A stretch of 64,000 nt of DNA from Macrostomum lignano. Taxonomy: Eukaryota. This document shows, in pieces, positions 35,225-46,063 of this stretch. Made by a program: the position numbers and the translations under genes. The stretch spans positions 124,001 to 188,000 of the forward strand of contig NIVC01000257.1 in the NCBI GenBank assembly GCA_002269645.1. The letters run 5' to 3'. The notes below the pieces were generated by a model that had not been told where the DNA came from, made no database searches, and worked only from the letters and a program-made list of their open reading frames with translations. Each line of letters begins with the position of its first letter. Positions within the stretch are counted from its first letter, which is position 1.

Positions 35225-36166
35225 ATGGCAATGGGACTAAGCCTTTGTCTGACGTGCTTGCTCACCGCAATCTTAATGTCGCTGCTGACAGAAGCGGGCT
35301 CAATGCCAACTGAGATAGACTGCTCAAGATATAAAAGTCAATACACCAACTCGCATATCGGCGCATTCAGAGCCCTGGCCGAGGCCGACTTGGTCATAGA
35401 ATCCAAATCGATGACAATCAACGTGGACTCTAACAGCAGAGAAGAGATCAGTGTTCAACTGAACTGCTCGCTGAAGGGCGATCCCCGCCAGGATCAGCTG
35501 CTTGTTCGCCTGCTGCACAGCGGCACTCGATGCGTTGATGCAGAAGCTCTCGGCACAGTGACTACCAATAATCCCAACAGCAGATTTGTGTTCGCGCTAA
35601 GCCGCCGCCGGAGCCGCCCAGCCGGTTGGGATCTACTTGACGGTGGTCTGTTCTCTGCCGAAGATTTCTACAAGCTATTCAACGGCAACGGCTGCAATGC
35701 AACAGATGTCACATCGATTTACAGCGGTACCTGTCGTGCAGCATCAGAAAGCACAGCGAGCCAATGCTTTACATTCAAATTAATCGTGACGAGTCTGAAG
35801 ATGAAGGAGAAGCAGCCGTACATTAGTTCCGCTTCCGAGTCGGATAGTGCTCAGGCTGAGCAGACGGACAAGGAGCCGCTCCAGCCGCCGCCGTCGCAGA
35901 AGCCATCTGGGGAGCCGCCAACAAACTCGACCAAGGTTCAGCAGCAGCAGCAGCAGCAGGAGCAACATCAGCAAGATTCTGGCATGTTGGCCAGCGACCA
36001 GCCCTCTGCCTCGGCGGCTAAGAAATTCGGCGAAGAGCAGCAGCAGCTTCTTAGTGCCGATGCTGACGGCCACAACGGCAAGGGCAGCGCTGGCCGCGTC
36101 CCGGCTGGGATGGCGGCCATCTTCGGGCTGACCTTCGTATGTACCGCCGCAATCTTGGTGTCTTAG
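35225..36166 (+). CDS. Intronless putative cell-surface protein (signal peptide, Cys-containing domain, S/T/Q/P-rich stalk, GPI-like hydrophobic C-terminus), 313 aa, family unknown
   Basis: Non-repetitive 942-nt ORF with an N-terminal hydrophobic stretch (LSLCLTCLLTAILMSLL). Six Cys lie in the globular part, and the terminal hydrophobic tail MAAIFGLTFVCTAAILVS has no cytoplasmic residues. Confidence 0.8.
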   Translation: MAMGLSLCLTCLLTAILMSLLTEAGSMPTEIDCSRYKSQYTNSHIGAFRALAEADLVIESKSMTINVDSNSREEISVQLNCSLKGDPRQDQLLVRLLHSGTRCVDAEALGTVTTNNPNSRFVFALSRRRSRPAGWDLLDGGLFSAEDFYKLFNGNGCNATDVTSIYSGTCRAASESTASQCFTFKLIVTSLKMKEKQPYISSASESDSAQAEQTDKEPLQPPPSQKPSGEPPTNSTKVQQQQQQQEQHQQDSGMLASDQPSASAAKKFGEEQQQLLSADADGHNGKGSAGRVPAGMAAIFGLTFVCTAAILVS

Positions 36167-36439
36167 TGTACTTTATAATAGTAAACCTCTTCATTGAGCA
36201 AATAGCCGGGTTAGCTACTCAATTTTTGGGTGGAACTGTCTTGAAATCTTAACAAAAACTGAGCCGCACTTCTCTTTTTTATTGTTTTTGCTTGTCTGCT
36301 TCAGTTTTTTACTTAATTCCTGATTCCTTTGAATTGGCGACACTGCGCGTTGATTAGTCAATGTGTTTTAGTAAATCATCGCTTCACGACTGCAGCGGCG
36401 CGGCCCCTCATGCTCGTACACTTACTCATCTCAATTTCT

Positions 36440-36975
36440 CATCTCTCTCCCTTACCCTAGATCCCTCCCTGGCTCTCTCCCCATCTCTTTCCCTTCATCT
36501 CACCCTAGATCCCTCCCTGACTCTCTCCTTATCTTTTTCCCTTCATCTCACCCTAGATCCCTCCCTGACTCTCTCCCCATCTCTTTCCCTTCACCTCACC
36601 CTAGATCCCTCCCTGACTCTCTCCTTATCTTTTTCCCTTCATCTCACCATAGATCCCTCCCTGGCTCTCTCCCCATCTCTTTCCCTTCACCTCACCCTAG
36701 ATCTCTCCCTGACTCTCCAAGTATCTCTTTCCCTTCCCCTCAACCTCTAAACTAAAGATCTCTCCTCATATCTCTCCCTTCATCTCTCGTCTACATGATA
36801 CCTCTCTCCTCATCTCGATTTATCTCACCCCCTATATCTCTCCTCATATCACTCCTTTCATCTCCCCACCCTACCTGACCCGTCTCTTCTCATATCTCTC
36901 CCTTCATCTCCCCCTAAATGATCCCCTCTCTCTTGATATCTCTCCCCCCATCTCCCCCTACATGATCCCCTCTCT
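36440..36975. repeat. C/T-rich minisatellite (48-bp unit at 36440-36750) with degenerate tail
   Basis: CTCACCCTAGATCCCTCCCTGACTCTCTCC repeated. Confidence 0.88.
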
Positions 36976-37699
36976 CCTCGGCTCTCCCTTCACTCCCCCC
37001 CATTGTCTAATTATCTCATTTTTCTATATAACCCGAAGTAAAAGTCTGCACCTACCTCTACCGTTACTCGTAAAGCTAGTTGTCTACTTTTCATCTTTGG
37101 AGCCTGGCTACCTGGCCACGTGGTTTATTTACCTGGGTTACGCTATCTGGTTACCTAGGAAGGCGATTTGCTCACAACAGTTTTTAACATTAAGTATTGT
37201 CTCTAAGTTTTTTGTTAATCGCTTGTTTTTTACAGAATTAATTGTATCTATCTACTCAACATTTTTCCCAAACCTATTTACTTAATCCTCTCGAACTCAT
37301 AATCCATTAATTAGTATAGGTAATTATTAGGAAGTAATCAACTAGTGGTGCTTAAATATGAGTATTCGGCTGTACTTGCATGCCTCGGGTGAGTCTGCTC
37401 AGGTGATTCGATAATTATAGCCAGATAAACATGTTTCTATTGTGTTTGCGTAACCTCCTCATGTTTGTGTTTATTTAGTGTTTAAAATTATTAAAGTTTT
37501 TTAAGTCTTACTTCTGCTTCATCTGCTTTTTAACAACAAATATTTCGCTTTTGTCAAAAAAGTAATTTTCACACTTTATTCCGTTTGTGCTCTAATAAAT
37601 TTTGTTTTATAAAAATTCACTTCATAAATTCTTTACTGGGTTTTTTTATTGCTTCTTTTGCACCAGCACTTTGCATTTAGGGCAACAGTTTAATTGCAT

Positions 37700-38500
37700 T
37701 CTCTCCGCTCTCCCTTCATCTCTCCGCTCTCGCTTCATCTCTCCGCTCTCCCTTCATCTCTCCGCTCTCGCTTCATCTCTCCGCTCTCCCTTCATCTCTC
37801 CGCTCTCGCTTCATCTCTCCGCTCTCCCTTCATCTCTCCGCTCTCCTTTCATCTTTCCGCTCTCCTTTCATCTTTCCGCTCTCCCTTGATCTCTCTGCTC
37901 TCCCTTCATCTCTCCACTCTCCCTTCATCACTCCGTTCTTCCTTCATCTCTCCGCTCTCCCTTTATCTCTCCGCTCTCCCTTCATCTGTCCACTCTCCCT
38001 TCATCTCTCCGCTCTCCCTTTATCTCCCCTCTCTCCCTTCATCACTCCGCTCTCCCTTAATCTCTCTGCTCTCCCTTCATCTCTCCACTATCCCTTCATC
38101 ACTCCACTCTCCCTCCATCACTCCGCTCTCCCTTAATCTCTCTGCTCTCCCTTCATCTCTCTGCTCTCCCTTCATCTCTCTGCTCTCCCTTCATCACTCC
38201 GTTCTCCCTTCATCTCTCCGTTCTCCCTTCATCTCTCCGCTCTTCCTTCTTCTGTCCACTCTCCCTTTATCACTCCGTTCTTCCTTCATCTCTCCGCTCT
38301 CCCTTTATCTCTCTCGGCTCTCCCTTCATCTGTCCACTCTCCCTTCATCTCTCTCGGCTCTCCCTTTATCTCCCCTCTCTCCCTTCATCTCTCCGCTCTC
38401 CTTTCATCTCTCCACTCCTCCTTCATCTCTGCGCTCTCCTTTCATTTATCTGCTTTTCCGTTTTTACCCTCCTCATTCTCCACTCCATCTCTCACGTCTT
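37700..38500. repeat. Minisatellite, 19-bp unit CTCTCCGCTCTCCCTTCAT
   Basis: Tandem copies. Confidence 0.93.
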
Positions 38501-39069
38501 CATCCGCACTTCTATCTTCTTTCTTCACTGGAAGTGAAGTAAAATGTTGCAATACTTCGTAAAAAATAAGTACATCAATCACGTGACCCATGCAGGATTG
38601 CACACAAAACAATGAAGCATAAGTGAGTCAACAAAATTGATTTGTTGCAGATATTCGGTACATTTTAGCACTACAATTCGTTCCACCAGACGCGCAGGAG
38701 TGAGAGCCAATGGCATACCGATTGGATACATATAATTAGGGCAGCTCACATCTGTTTGCATTCGCTTGCTATCTTGGAATCTCTTGGAGTGTCGACTTTC
38801 CGTTCCCACGGACTCTTTTTTTGGGAGGAGGTATCTTTGACTGCTGGCATGGCTGCCTGTGCAGATCGGGTTTCTGTGCCCCCCCCCCCCCTATACCGAG
38901 GATTCCATATTAGTGAGTGAGTGCGATTCTAATTACACTCTTGGGTACTTTATTGAATACTGGATTGTCTTATGAGTATGGCAGCAGCGCTTGCTGGTCT
39001 TGCATTCATTCATGGATAGCTTGAACCCTAAACTGCAGAGATTCACACTAGCGATCTGCTCTGTGTCCT

Positions 39070-39455
39070 GCACACTGCTGCACACTGCCTGCACACTGCC
39101 ACTGCACACTCCTGCACACTGCTGCACACTGCCTGCACACTGCCACTGCACACTCCTGCACACTGCCTGCACACTGCCCATGCACACTGCCTGCAAACTG
39201 CCTGCACACTGCCTGCACACTGCCACTGCACACTCCTGCACACTGCTGCACACTGCCTGCACACTGCCACTGCACACTCCTGCACACTGCCTGCACACTG
39301 CCCATGCACACTGCCTGCAAACTGCCTGCACACTGCCTGCACACTGCCACTGCACACTGCCTGCACACTGCCTGCACACTGCCTGCACACTGCCTGCACA
39401 CTGCCTGCACACTGCCTGCACACTGCCTGCACACTGCCTGCACACTGCCCCTGCA
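39070..39455. repeat. Minisatellite, 11-bp unit CACACTGCCTG
   Basis: Tandem copies with variants. Confidence 0.93.
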
Positions 39456-40149
39456 CACTCAGTGTGCAGCACCTGCACCCTGCAAATGGCAGTGTGTACA
39501 TTGGCTCTATAAGCTCTGTGTGGCAAAATCCAACTGGCACTTGTTTATGTTGATTTTTCTGAATAAAAGACTGCCTTTTCAGCAGAAGGAAAGAGACTGC
39601 TGCTGCTGCTGCTTTCGTCTCCAAACAGGAGAAAAAAGCAGATCTTTAGCAAGAGACTCCTTTGGAAAATTGGAGGCGCGGAAAGATGTTTTTAACATTC
39701 AGCTATTTTTTCCACTCTCCACTTTTCTGGCAATGTTGATGAAAGACGTCGGTACCAATGGCCCGGGCTGCCCTGGGCTGGGAAAGATCGGCCTCGTGAA
39801 TGAAATTTTCCTACAGATTTAGCGACTCTACCCACACAAACTGTTACAAAAAGCAGAAATCTGCAGCCAAGGGAACCATGATACGCGCCACGAGAGAGCG
39901 GCACGAAAAATGGCAAATGGCTACGCAAGGGAAGTGCTTCACTCGCGACCATGGGTTTTCGCAAACTGATTTAAGCTGAAGAAACCCATGAGCAACTACA
40001 ACAAAGACAAAAACACGCAACAATAAACAACATAAAAAAGCAAACCGTGCAACCATGAAAAGGCAAAAGTTAAGCGGTCAGGGAGCTAAAGAAGAACTCT
40101 CTCCGCCAATTGTGTCCTGTGTTTAGGTGCTTAGAGCTTGAAGCTTGAG

Positions 40150-40645
40150 CTTGAGAGGTGAAGAGCGGGGCCTGCACTGAGGAAACCTATGCGGGAGAGG
40201 TGAAGAGCGGGGCCTGCACTGAGGAAACCTATGCGGGAGAGGTGAAGAGCGGGGCCTGCATGCACTGAGGAAACCTATGCGGGAGAGGTGAAGAGCGGGG
40301 CCTGCACTGAGGAAACCTATGCGGGAGAGGTGAAGAGAGGGGCCTGCACTGAGGAAACCTATGCGGGAGAGGTGAAGAGAGGGGCCTGCACTGAGGAAAC
40401 CTATGCGGGAGAGGTGAAGAGAGGGGCCTGCACTGAGGAAACCTATGCGGGAGAGGTGAAGCGCGGGGCCTGCACTGAGGAAACCTATGCGGGAGAGGTG
40501 AAGCGCGGGGCCTGCACTGAGGAAACCTATGCGGGAGAGGTGAAGCGCGGGGCCTGCACTGAGGAAACCTATGCGGGAGAGGTGAAGCGCGGGGCCTGCA
40601 CTGAGGAAACCTATGCGGGAGAGGTAAAGCGCGGGGCCTGCACTG
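40150..40645. repeat. Minisatellite, 42-bp unit GGGGCCTGCACTGAGGAAACCTATGCGGGAGAGGTGAAGCGC
   Basis: About 12 near-identical copies. Confidence 0.96.
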
Positions 40646-41514
40646 ACCTGAACCAATTCTAAATTGAGAAAAGGGTCAGACCTACTTTAGAGAAGGATGG
40701 GAAGAGGCGCTTTCTCTAAAAGTTGTAAAATTTGTCAGCCTTCAAACCTGAATTTGATCTCAAATCAGACTGACAGTTAATATCTAGCAGCAGCAGAAAC
40801 CAGCAATCCTGTTTCCGTTGACTGGAGCCACCCGCCAGGGGTTGCCAGCAAGTGGCTGACTCATCGGTCCATGTGGCCTAGGAGAAGAAGAAAGAAAAGA
40901 AGATTCTGCAGCAGCAGCAGCAGATGGAGAAAGTTGTGGCGCAGAAGACACGCGTCAATTTCCGGGTCGGGGCGTGCGATGGAGAAAGTGAAGCTGTGAG
41001 TCAATAGGTCGGAGCTGCGCGATCTGAAATTCATTTCATTCTTTCTAGGAAAATATGGGACACTCTGCCCCTCGCCGTGCACCAAATCGATCGCCGCATA
41101 TTGATCTTGAGCAAGTGGGCAGGTCTGAGGGTGAGATAAAACTTTGTGCGGCTCGATTCGAATTTCTTTAATCTGATGTTCGGCGGGATTACCCTGTTGG
41201 AGATTATGCAACGGCATCGAGCGGATTAGGCCGCTAGTGGATTAGTGCGAATCGCGAAACTTCTCACGCCCCTCTCCTCCCCCATTCAGTTTAATCCGGG
41301 GATAATTAGCTCGCCCGCATGCTCACTTTAATCCTATTATTGTCTAATTATCGCGGCAGGCTCAGCATGCTGGTAAGCCGTCCGGTCCCAGGTTCGGCTT
41401 AGCGGAATTCGGGCGATGAGGGGGTGGCTTCTTTTGAAGGTCCTATACTCGAGTCTCATTTTGGTTGGCATGTCACGTTATAGTGTCAGGATGCTGTACA
41501 AAGCATGATGTTTG

Positions 41515-41932
41515 TTGTAAACTACATCAAGAATACTGTAAACTACATCAAGAATGCTGTAAACTACACTAAGAATGCTGTAAACTACATCAAGAATGCT
41601 GTAAACTACACCAAGAATGCTGTAAACTACACCAAGATTGCTGTAAACTACACCAAGAATGCTGTAAACTACACCGATAATGCTGTAAACTACACCAAGA
41701 TTGCTGTTAACTACATCAACAATGCTGTAAACTACACTAAGAATGCTGTAAACTACATCAAGAATGCTGTAAACTACACCAAGAATGCTGTAAACTACAC
41801 CAAGATTGCTGTAAACTACACCAAGAATGCTGTAAACTACACCGATAATGCTGTAAACTACACCAAGAATGCTGTAAACTACACCAAGAATGCTGTAAAC
41901 TACACCGATAATGCTGTAAACTACACCAACAA
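41515..41932. repeat. Minisatellite, 21-bp unit TGCTGTAAACTACACCAAGAA
   Basis: About 20 copies. Confidence 0.95.
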
Positions 41933-43529
41933 TACTCTAAAGGGTCGCTGTACACTCGTGTGAGTGTGTGCCTGTGCGTATGACTGCGTACGTATCCGCG
42001 CACTTGTGTGCCTGCTCAGGGGAGTCGGCGGAAGGGGCAGTAATGCCTCTCGCCTGTTGTGTGACAATGTCGCTTTAAGTATGCCAGGGTGCACAAAGCC
42101 CCGTCTCTAATAAAAATGCTGTAAACTAAATTGTACATGCTGTATTACATATAATTACATATTATATAATACACTATGCACAAAAAATCACTCTACTAAG
42201 AAGCAGCTTCCGTCAAATTGAATTAAAGAGAAACGACTTGAAATGATTCTAAAAGCAGAAATTGAAATACAAAGTGGGAGATGTATGAATTAGAAAGAAG
42301 AAAAACAAGCTCTCATCGGTCCACTGAAGCCGGACTCGAAATTGCTGCATAATTTATCGCGCACTGCCCTGCTCTCTCACGGGAGACGACACGGAACGGC
42401 AGTTGGGATTTCAGCGACTCTCTCAGCTCTGCAGCTCCCTTGTCCTGTTTCAATCGATCAAAGTCGCCTCTTCTCAAGGCTTCCTTCCCTGGCTGGACTG
42501 CCGCTTGCTCCGTTGCAGTTTCTCCCCATTTCTGCGACCTCTCTTCTAGGGGAGAGAAAAGAAGGAGAGGTAAAGGAGCAGGGAGAGAGGAGCCCGAGGA
42601 AATGACGCAACAGCATTTTTTTCTTGGACGCAAGAAGCAGCAGACTGTCGCTGACAAGTGGAGAGGGGAGCAGAGAGTATTAAGGGTGGGATTGAGAACA
42701 GCAGCAGGACCCAAGTCTAGGTGTAAGCCATATTCCAGACTGAAGTGGGGCCACCTCGATGAAGTGGCAGAGGCTTATGAGCGAGAGAATTCCCGGACAC
42801 TCTCGGACAGTGGGGAAGACTGACATTTCAGTTGAAATTTAAAAGTTAAATGGCGCCCAGCACAGGAACAGGTGGTGACAGAGACAACTGTCGATTCACG
42901 AAAGCGATGGCCACAGGGATGGGTGCTGGGGAAGAGGATCTCCACGTTCATGTTTTTTGGGAAGAAGTCACTCGGGATGGGGAGGCGCAGGCGTTTGAGG
43001 TCGATAGCGATGGACCAATTAGGGGGGGGAGACAACACGCGAGGCTCGGAGGAAAAACAAGTCGACAGGTCCGGATAACATGCGGTTACGTAATCAGGAG
43101 GAGGGGAGATGGGAGACGAAAAAAAGCGACTAGCTGCAGGTGATCAACAGCTAATACAGTTCAGGCCAACGACTGGGGCACAGAAGTCGATGGTTCGAAT
43201 CTCTGATTTCTTCTAGCTGGGCTCAGTCAGTCAGCCATGCAAAAAAGGCCCGACTCGACTCATTGATGAGGTTTGCCAAAGTTTTGATGAATCGCGGTTA
43301 GAAAGGGAAGTTATGTGCATGAGTCACGTGAATGTGAGCTCGACCGGAACCGGGGAGAGGACAATGAGGGGAAGGGATGGGAGAAGTGAAGGCAGAGAAG
43401 GGAGGGACAATAAGGCTCTTATTAGCCTCATTAGCGCCCAACAACTTGTCACACACAACATGTTGCAGCATGTTGCCAGCCTTAAAGCATCGGATTAATG
43501 AGTGCTGCATCAAGCATTGAGATGGAATC

Positions 43530-44152
43530 TACTTTGGTGAGTGATCTATCTATTCTGAGAATGATCTACTGACTCTGGGAGTGATCTAACTGCTCTGGGA
43601 GTGATCTATCTACTTTGGGAGTGATCTATCTACTCTAAGAGTGATCTATCTACTTTGGTGAGTGATCTATCTACTTTGGGAGTGATCTAACTGCTCTGGG
43701 AGTGATCTATCTACTTTGGGAGTGATCTATCTACTCTGGGAGTGATCTATCTACTCTGGGAGTGATCTATCTACTCTGGGAGTGATCTATCTACTCTGGG
43801 AGTGATCTATCTATTCTGGGAGTGATCTATCTACTCTGGGAGTGATCTATCTACTCTGAGGGTGATCTATCTACTCTGGGAGTGATCTATCTACTTTGGG
43901 AGTGATCTATCTACTCTGGGAGTGATCTATCTACTCTGGGAGTGATCTATCTACTCTGGGAGTGATCTATCTACTCTGAGGGTGATCTATCTACTCTGGG
44001 AGTGATCTATCTATTCTGGGAGTGATTTATCTACTGTCAGAACGATTATCAAACGTGGGAGTGATCTATCTACTTTGGGAGTAATCTATCTACTTTGGGA
44101 GTGATCTATCTACTCTGGGAGCGATCTATCTACTCTGGGAGTGATCTATCTA
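43530..44152. repeat. Minisatellite, 20-bp unit GGGAGTGATCTATCTACTCT
   Basis: About 30 copies. Confidence 0.96.
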
Positions 44153-44204
44153 CACGAATCACTATTGATAAAATTAAGAAAATGATGCAATCAATTAAAT
44201 TAAG

Positions 44205-44420
44205 ATAGAGTGAGACAGAGTAAGACACAATGAGACAGGGTGAGACACAATGAGACAGGGTGAGACACAATGAGACAGGGTGAGACACAATGAGACAGAG
44301 TAAGACACAATGAGACAGGGTGAGACACAATGAGACAGAGTGAGACACAATGAGACAGGGTGAGACACAATGAGACAGGGTGAGACACAATGAGACAGGG
44401 TGAGACACAATGAGACAGAG
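44205..44420. repeat. Minisatellite, 20-bp unit TGAGACACAATGAGACAGGG
   Basis: About 10 copies. Confidence 0.93.
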
Positions 44421-44699
44421 TATCATTTCCAGAGACATAACATCATTAAGTTGTTATCGGTTTGTTTTCAGATTTTTGCACTAGAACTCAAGCAGTGTTA
44501 AATGCATATTGATTTAAAATATGCTTATTTGTTTCTGTTGTTGCATGAATACTGTCTGTTGTATGAATACTCTGACCGCTAATTAAATATTGTGTGTCTC
44601 ACGGCAGCTAAATTTTTAACTCCAGCTCTTTGAAATGTACATTTCCGTTGCATAAATATCTTCTATGAACATCAATTTATTCGTAACCCTGAGCTGTCG

Positions 44700-45020
44700 C
44701 GTCTTCTCATGGCTTTTCTCATGTCTTCTCATAGCCTTTCTCATGTCTTCTCATAGCTTTTCTCATGTCTTCTCATGGCTTTTCTCATGTCTTCTCATGA
44801 CTTTTCTCATGCCGTCTAATGGGCTTCTCATGCCGTCTCATGGCTTTTCTCATGTCTTCTCCTGACTTTTCTCGTGCCGTCTCATGGCTTTTTTCATGTC
44901 TTCTCATGTCTTCTTAAGGCTTCTCTCATGTCTTCTCAGGGCTTTTTCTTGTATCTTCTCATGGATTTACTCGTGTAGTCCCATGGCTTTTCTCATGTTT
45001 TCTCATTGCTCTTCTCGTGC
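44700..45020. repeat. Degenerate CTTCTCATG(GCTTTT/T) repeat
   Basis: TCTCATG core recurring. Confidence 0.8.
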
Positions 45021-45147
45021 CTTCTCCACGAATCCCAGCTCATCTCAGCTTCCCCATTTCGTCATCAGATCTCTGCTCAGATCGCGCAGTCTCCGCCCAA
45101 TAAACATTAAACATTAAACATTAATCTTTTGCAATGGCTTCAATTCT

Positions 45148-45522
45148 CAGTGTCTCATGCCATCTCATGCTGAGATCTCTGACTCTCTCAGTGTCTCACT
45201 GCTATCTCATGCTGAGATCTCTGACTCTCTCAGTGTCTCACTGCCATCTCATGCTGAGATCTCTGACTCTCTCAGTGTCTCTTGCCTTCTCATGCTGAGA
45301 TCTCTGACTCTCTCAGTGTCTCTTGCCATCTCATGCTGAGATCTCTGACTCTCTCAGTGTCTCCTGCCATCTCATGCTGAGATCTCTGACTCTCTCAGTG
45401 TCTCTTGCCATCTCATGCTGAGATCTCTGACTCTCTCAGTGTCTCTTGCCATCTCATGCTGAGATCTCTGACTCTCTCAGTGTCTCTTGCCATCTCATGC
45501 TGAGATCTCTGACTCTCTCAGT
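45148..45522. repeat. Minisatellite, 41-bp unit CTCATGCTGAGATCTCTGACTCTCTCAGTGTCTCTTGCCAT
   Basis: About 9 copies. Confidence 0.95.
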
Positions 45523-45534
45523 CTCAGGTTTGCT

Positions 45535-45640
45535 GGGTGCTGATTGCTGAGTGTCTGAGTGCTGGGTGTCTGAGTGCTGGCTGTCTGAGTGCTGGGTGTC
45601 TGAGTGCTGGGTGTCTGATTGCTGGCTGTCTGAGTGCTGA
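45535..45640. repeat. Minisatellite, 15-bp unit GTGTCTGAGTGCTGG
   Basis: About 7 copies. Confidence 0.85.
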
Positions 45641-46063
45641 GCAGTCAATCATAAAATTAGTTTTGAAGCCTAATCATAAACGTAGTTGCACAAAAATACC
45701 AGAAAAAAAGACCAGGAAGGGCTGCTAGCATCTGCAGATTTGTTGGTTAAATAAATAAAAGTACATTGACCATCTGGTGATATAAAGACCAACAGAAAAA
45801 AGCATTAAATTTTGTTGTCTTCTTTTATTTTTTTGTTTCATTCAAGGAAAGCTACTTGCAGTAGGCGGATGTACTTTATACAGCAGGAACGCGGGAAGGT
45901 CAAACAGGTACTCCAAACCCGAATAAGGTGCAGTACTCCCGTCCATCACCAGCCGTTAGCATCTTCAACAAAATGAAAAACTGTGGCATAACTTCGAACT
46001 TCTACTCTAAACAAAACATAGCAGTGAGCAGGGAGACAACAATGATGCACGCCTGATCAGTTC

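Noticed and set aside
40150-40645. 42-bp unit resembling a hammerhead (CTGAGGA-A-ACCT...AGGT-GAAG)
   Set aside because: GAAG replaces the invariant GAAA, and there is no stem III or UH cleavage triplet.
40860-42324. Identical 12-mer CTCATCGGTCCA ending two minus-strand ORFs
   Set aside because: About a hundred 12-mer pair matches are expected by chance in 64 kb, and the flanks are unrelated.
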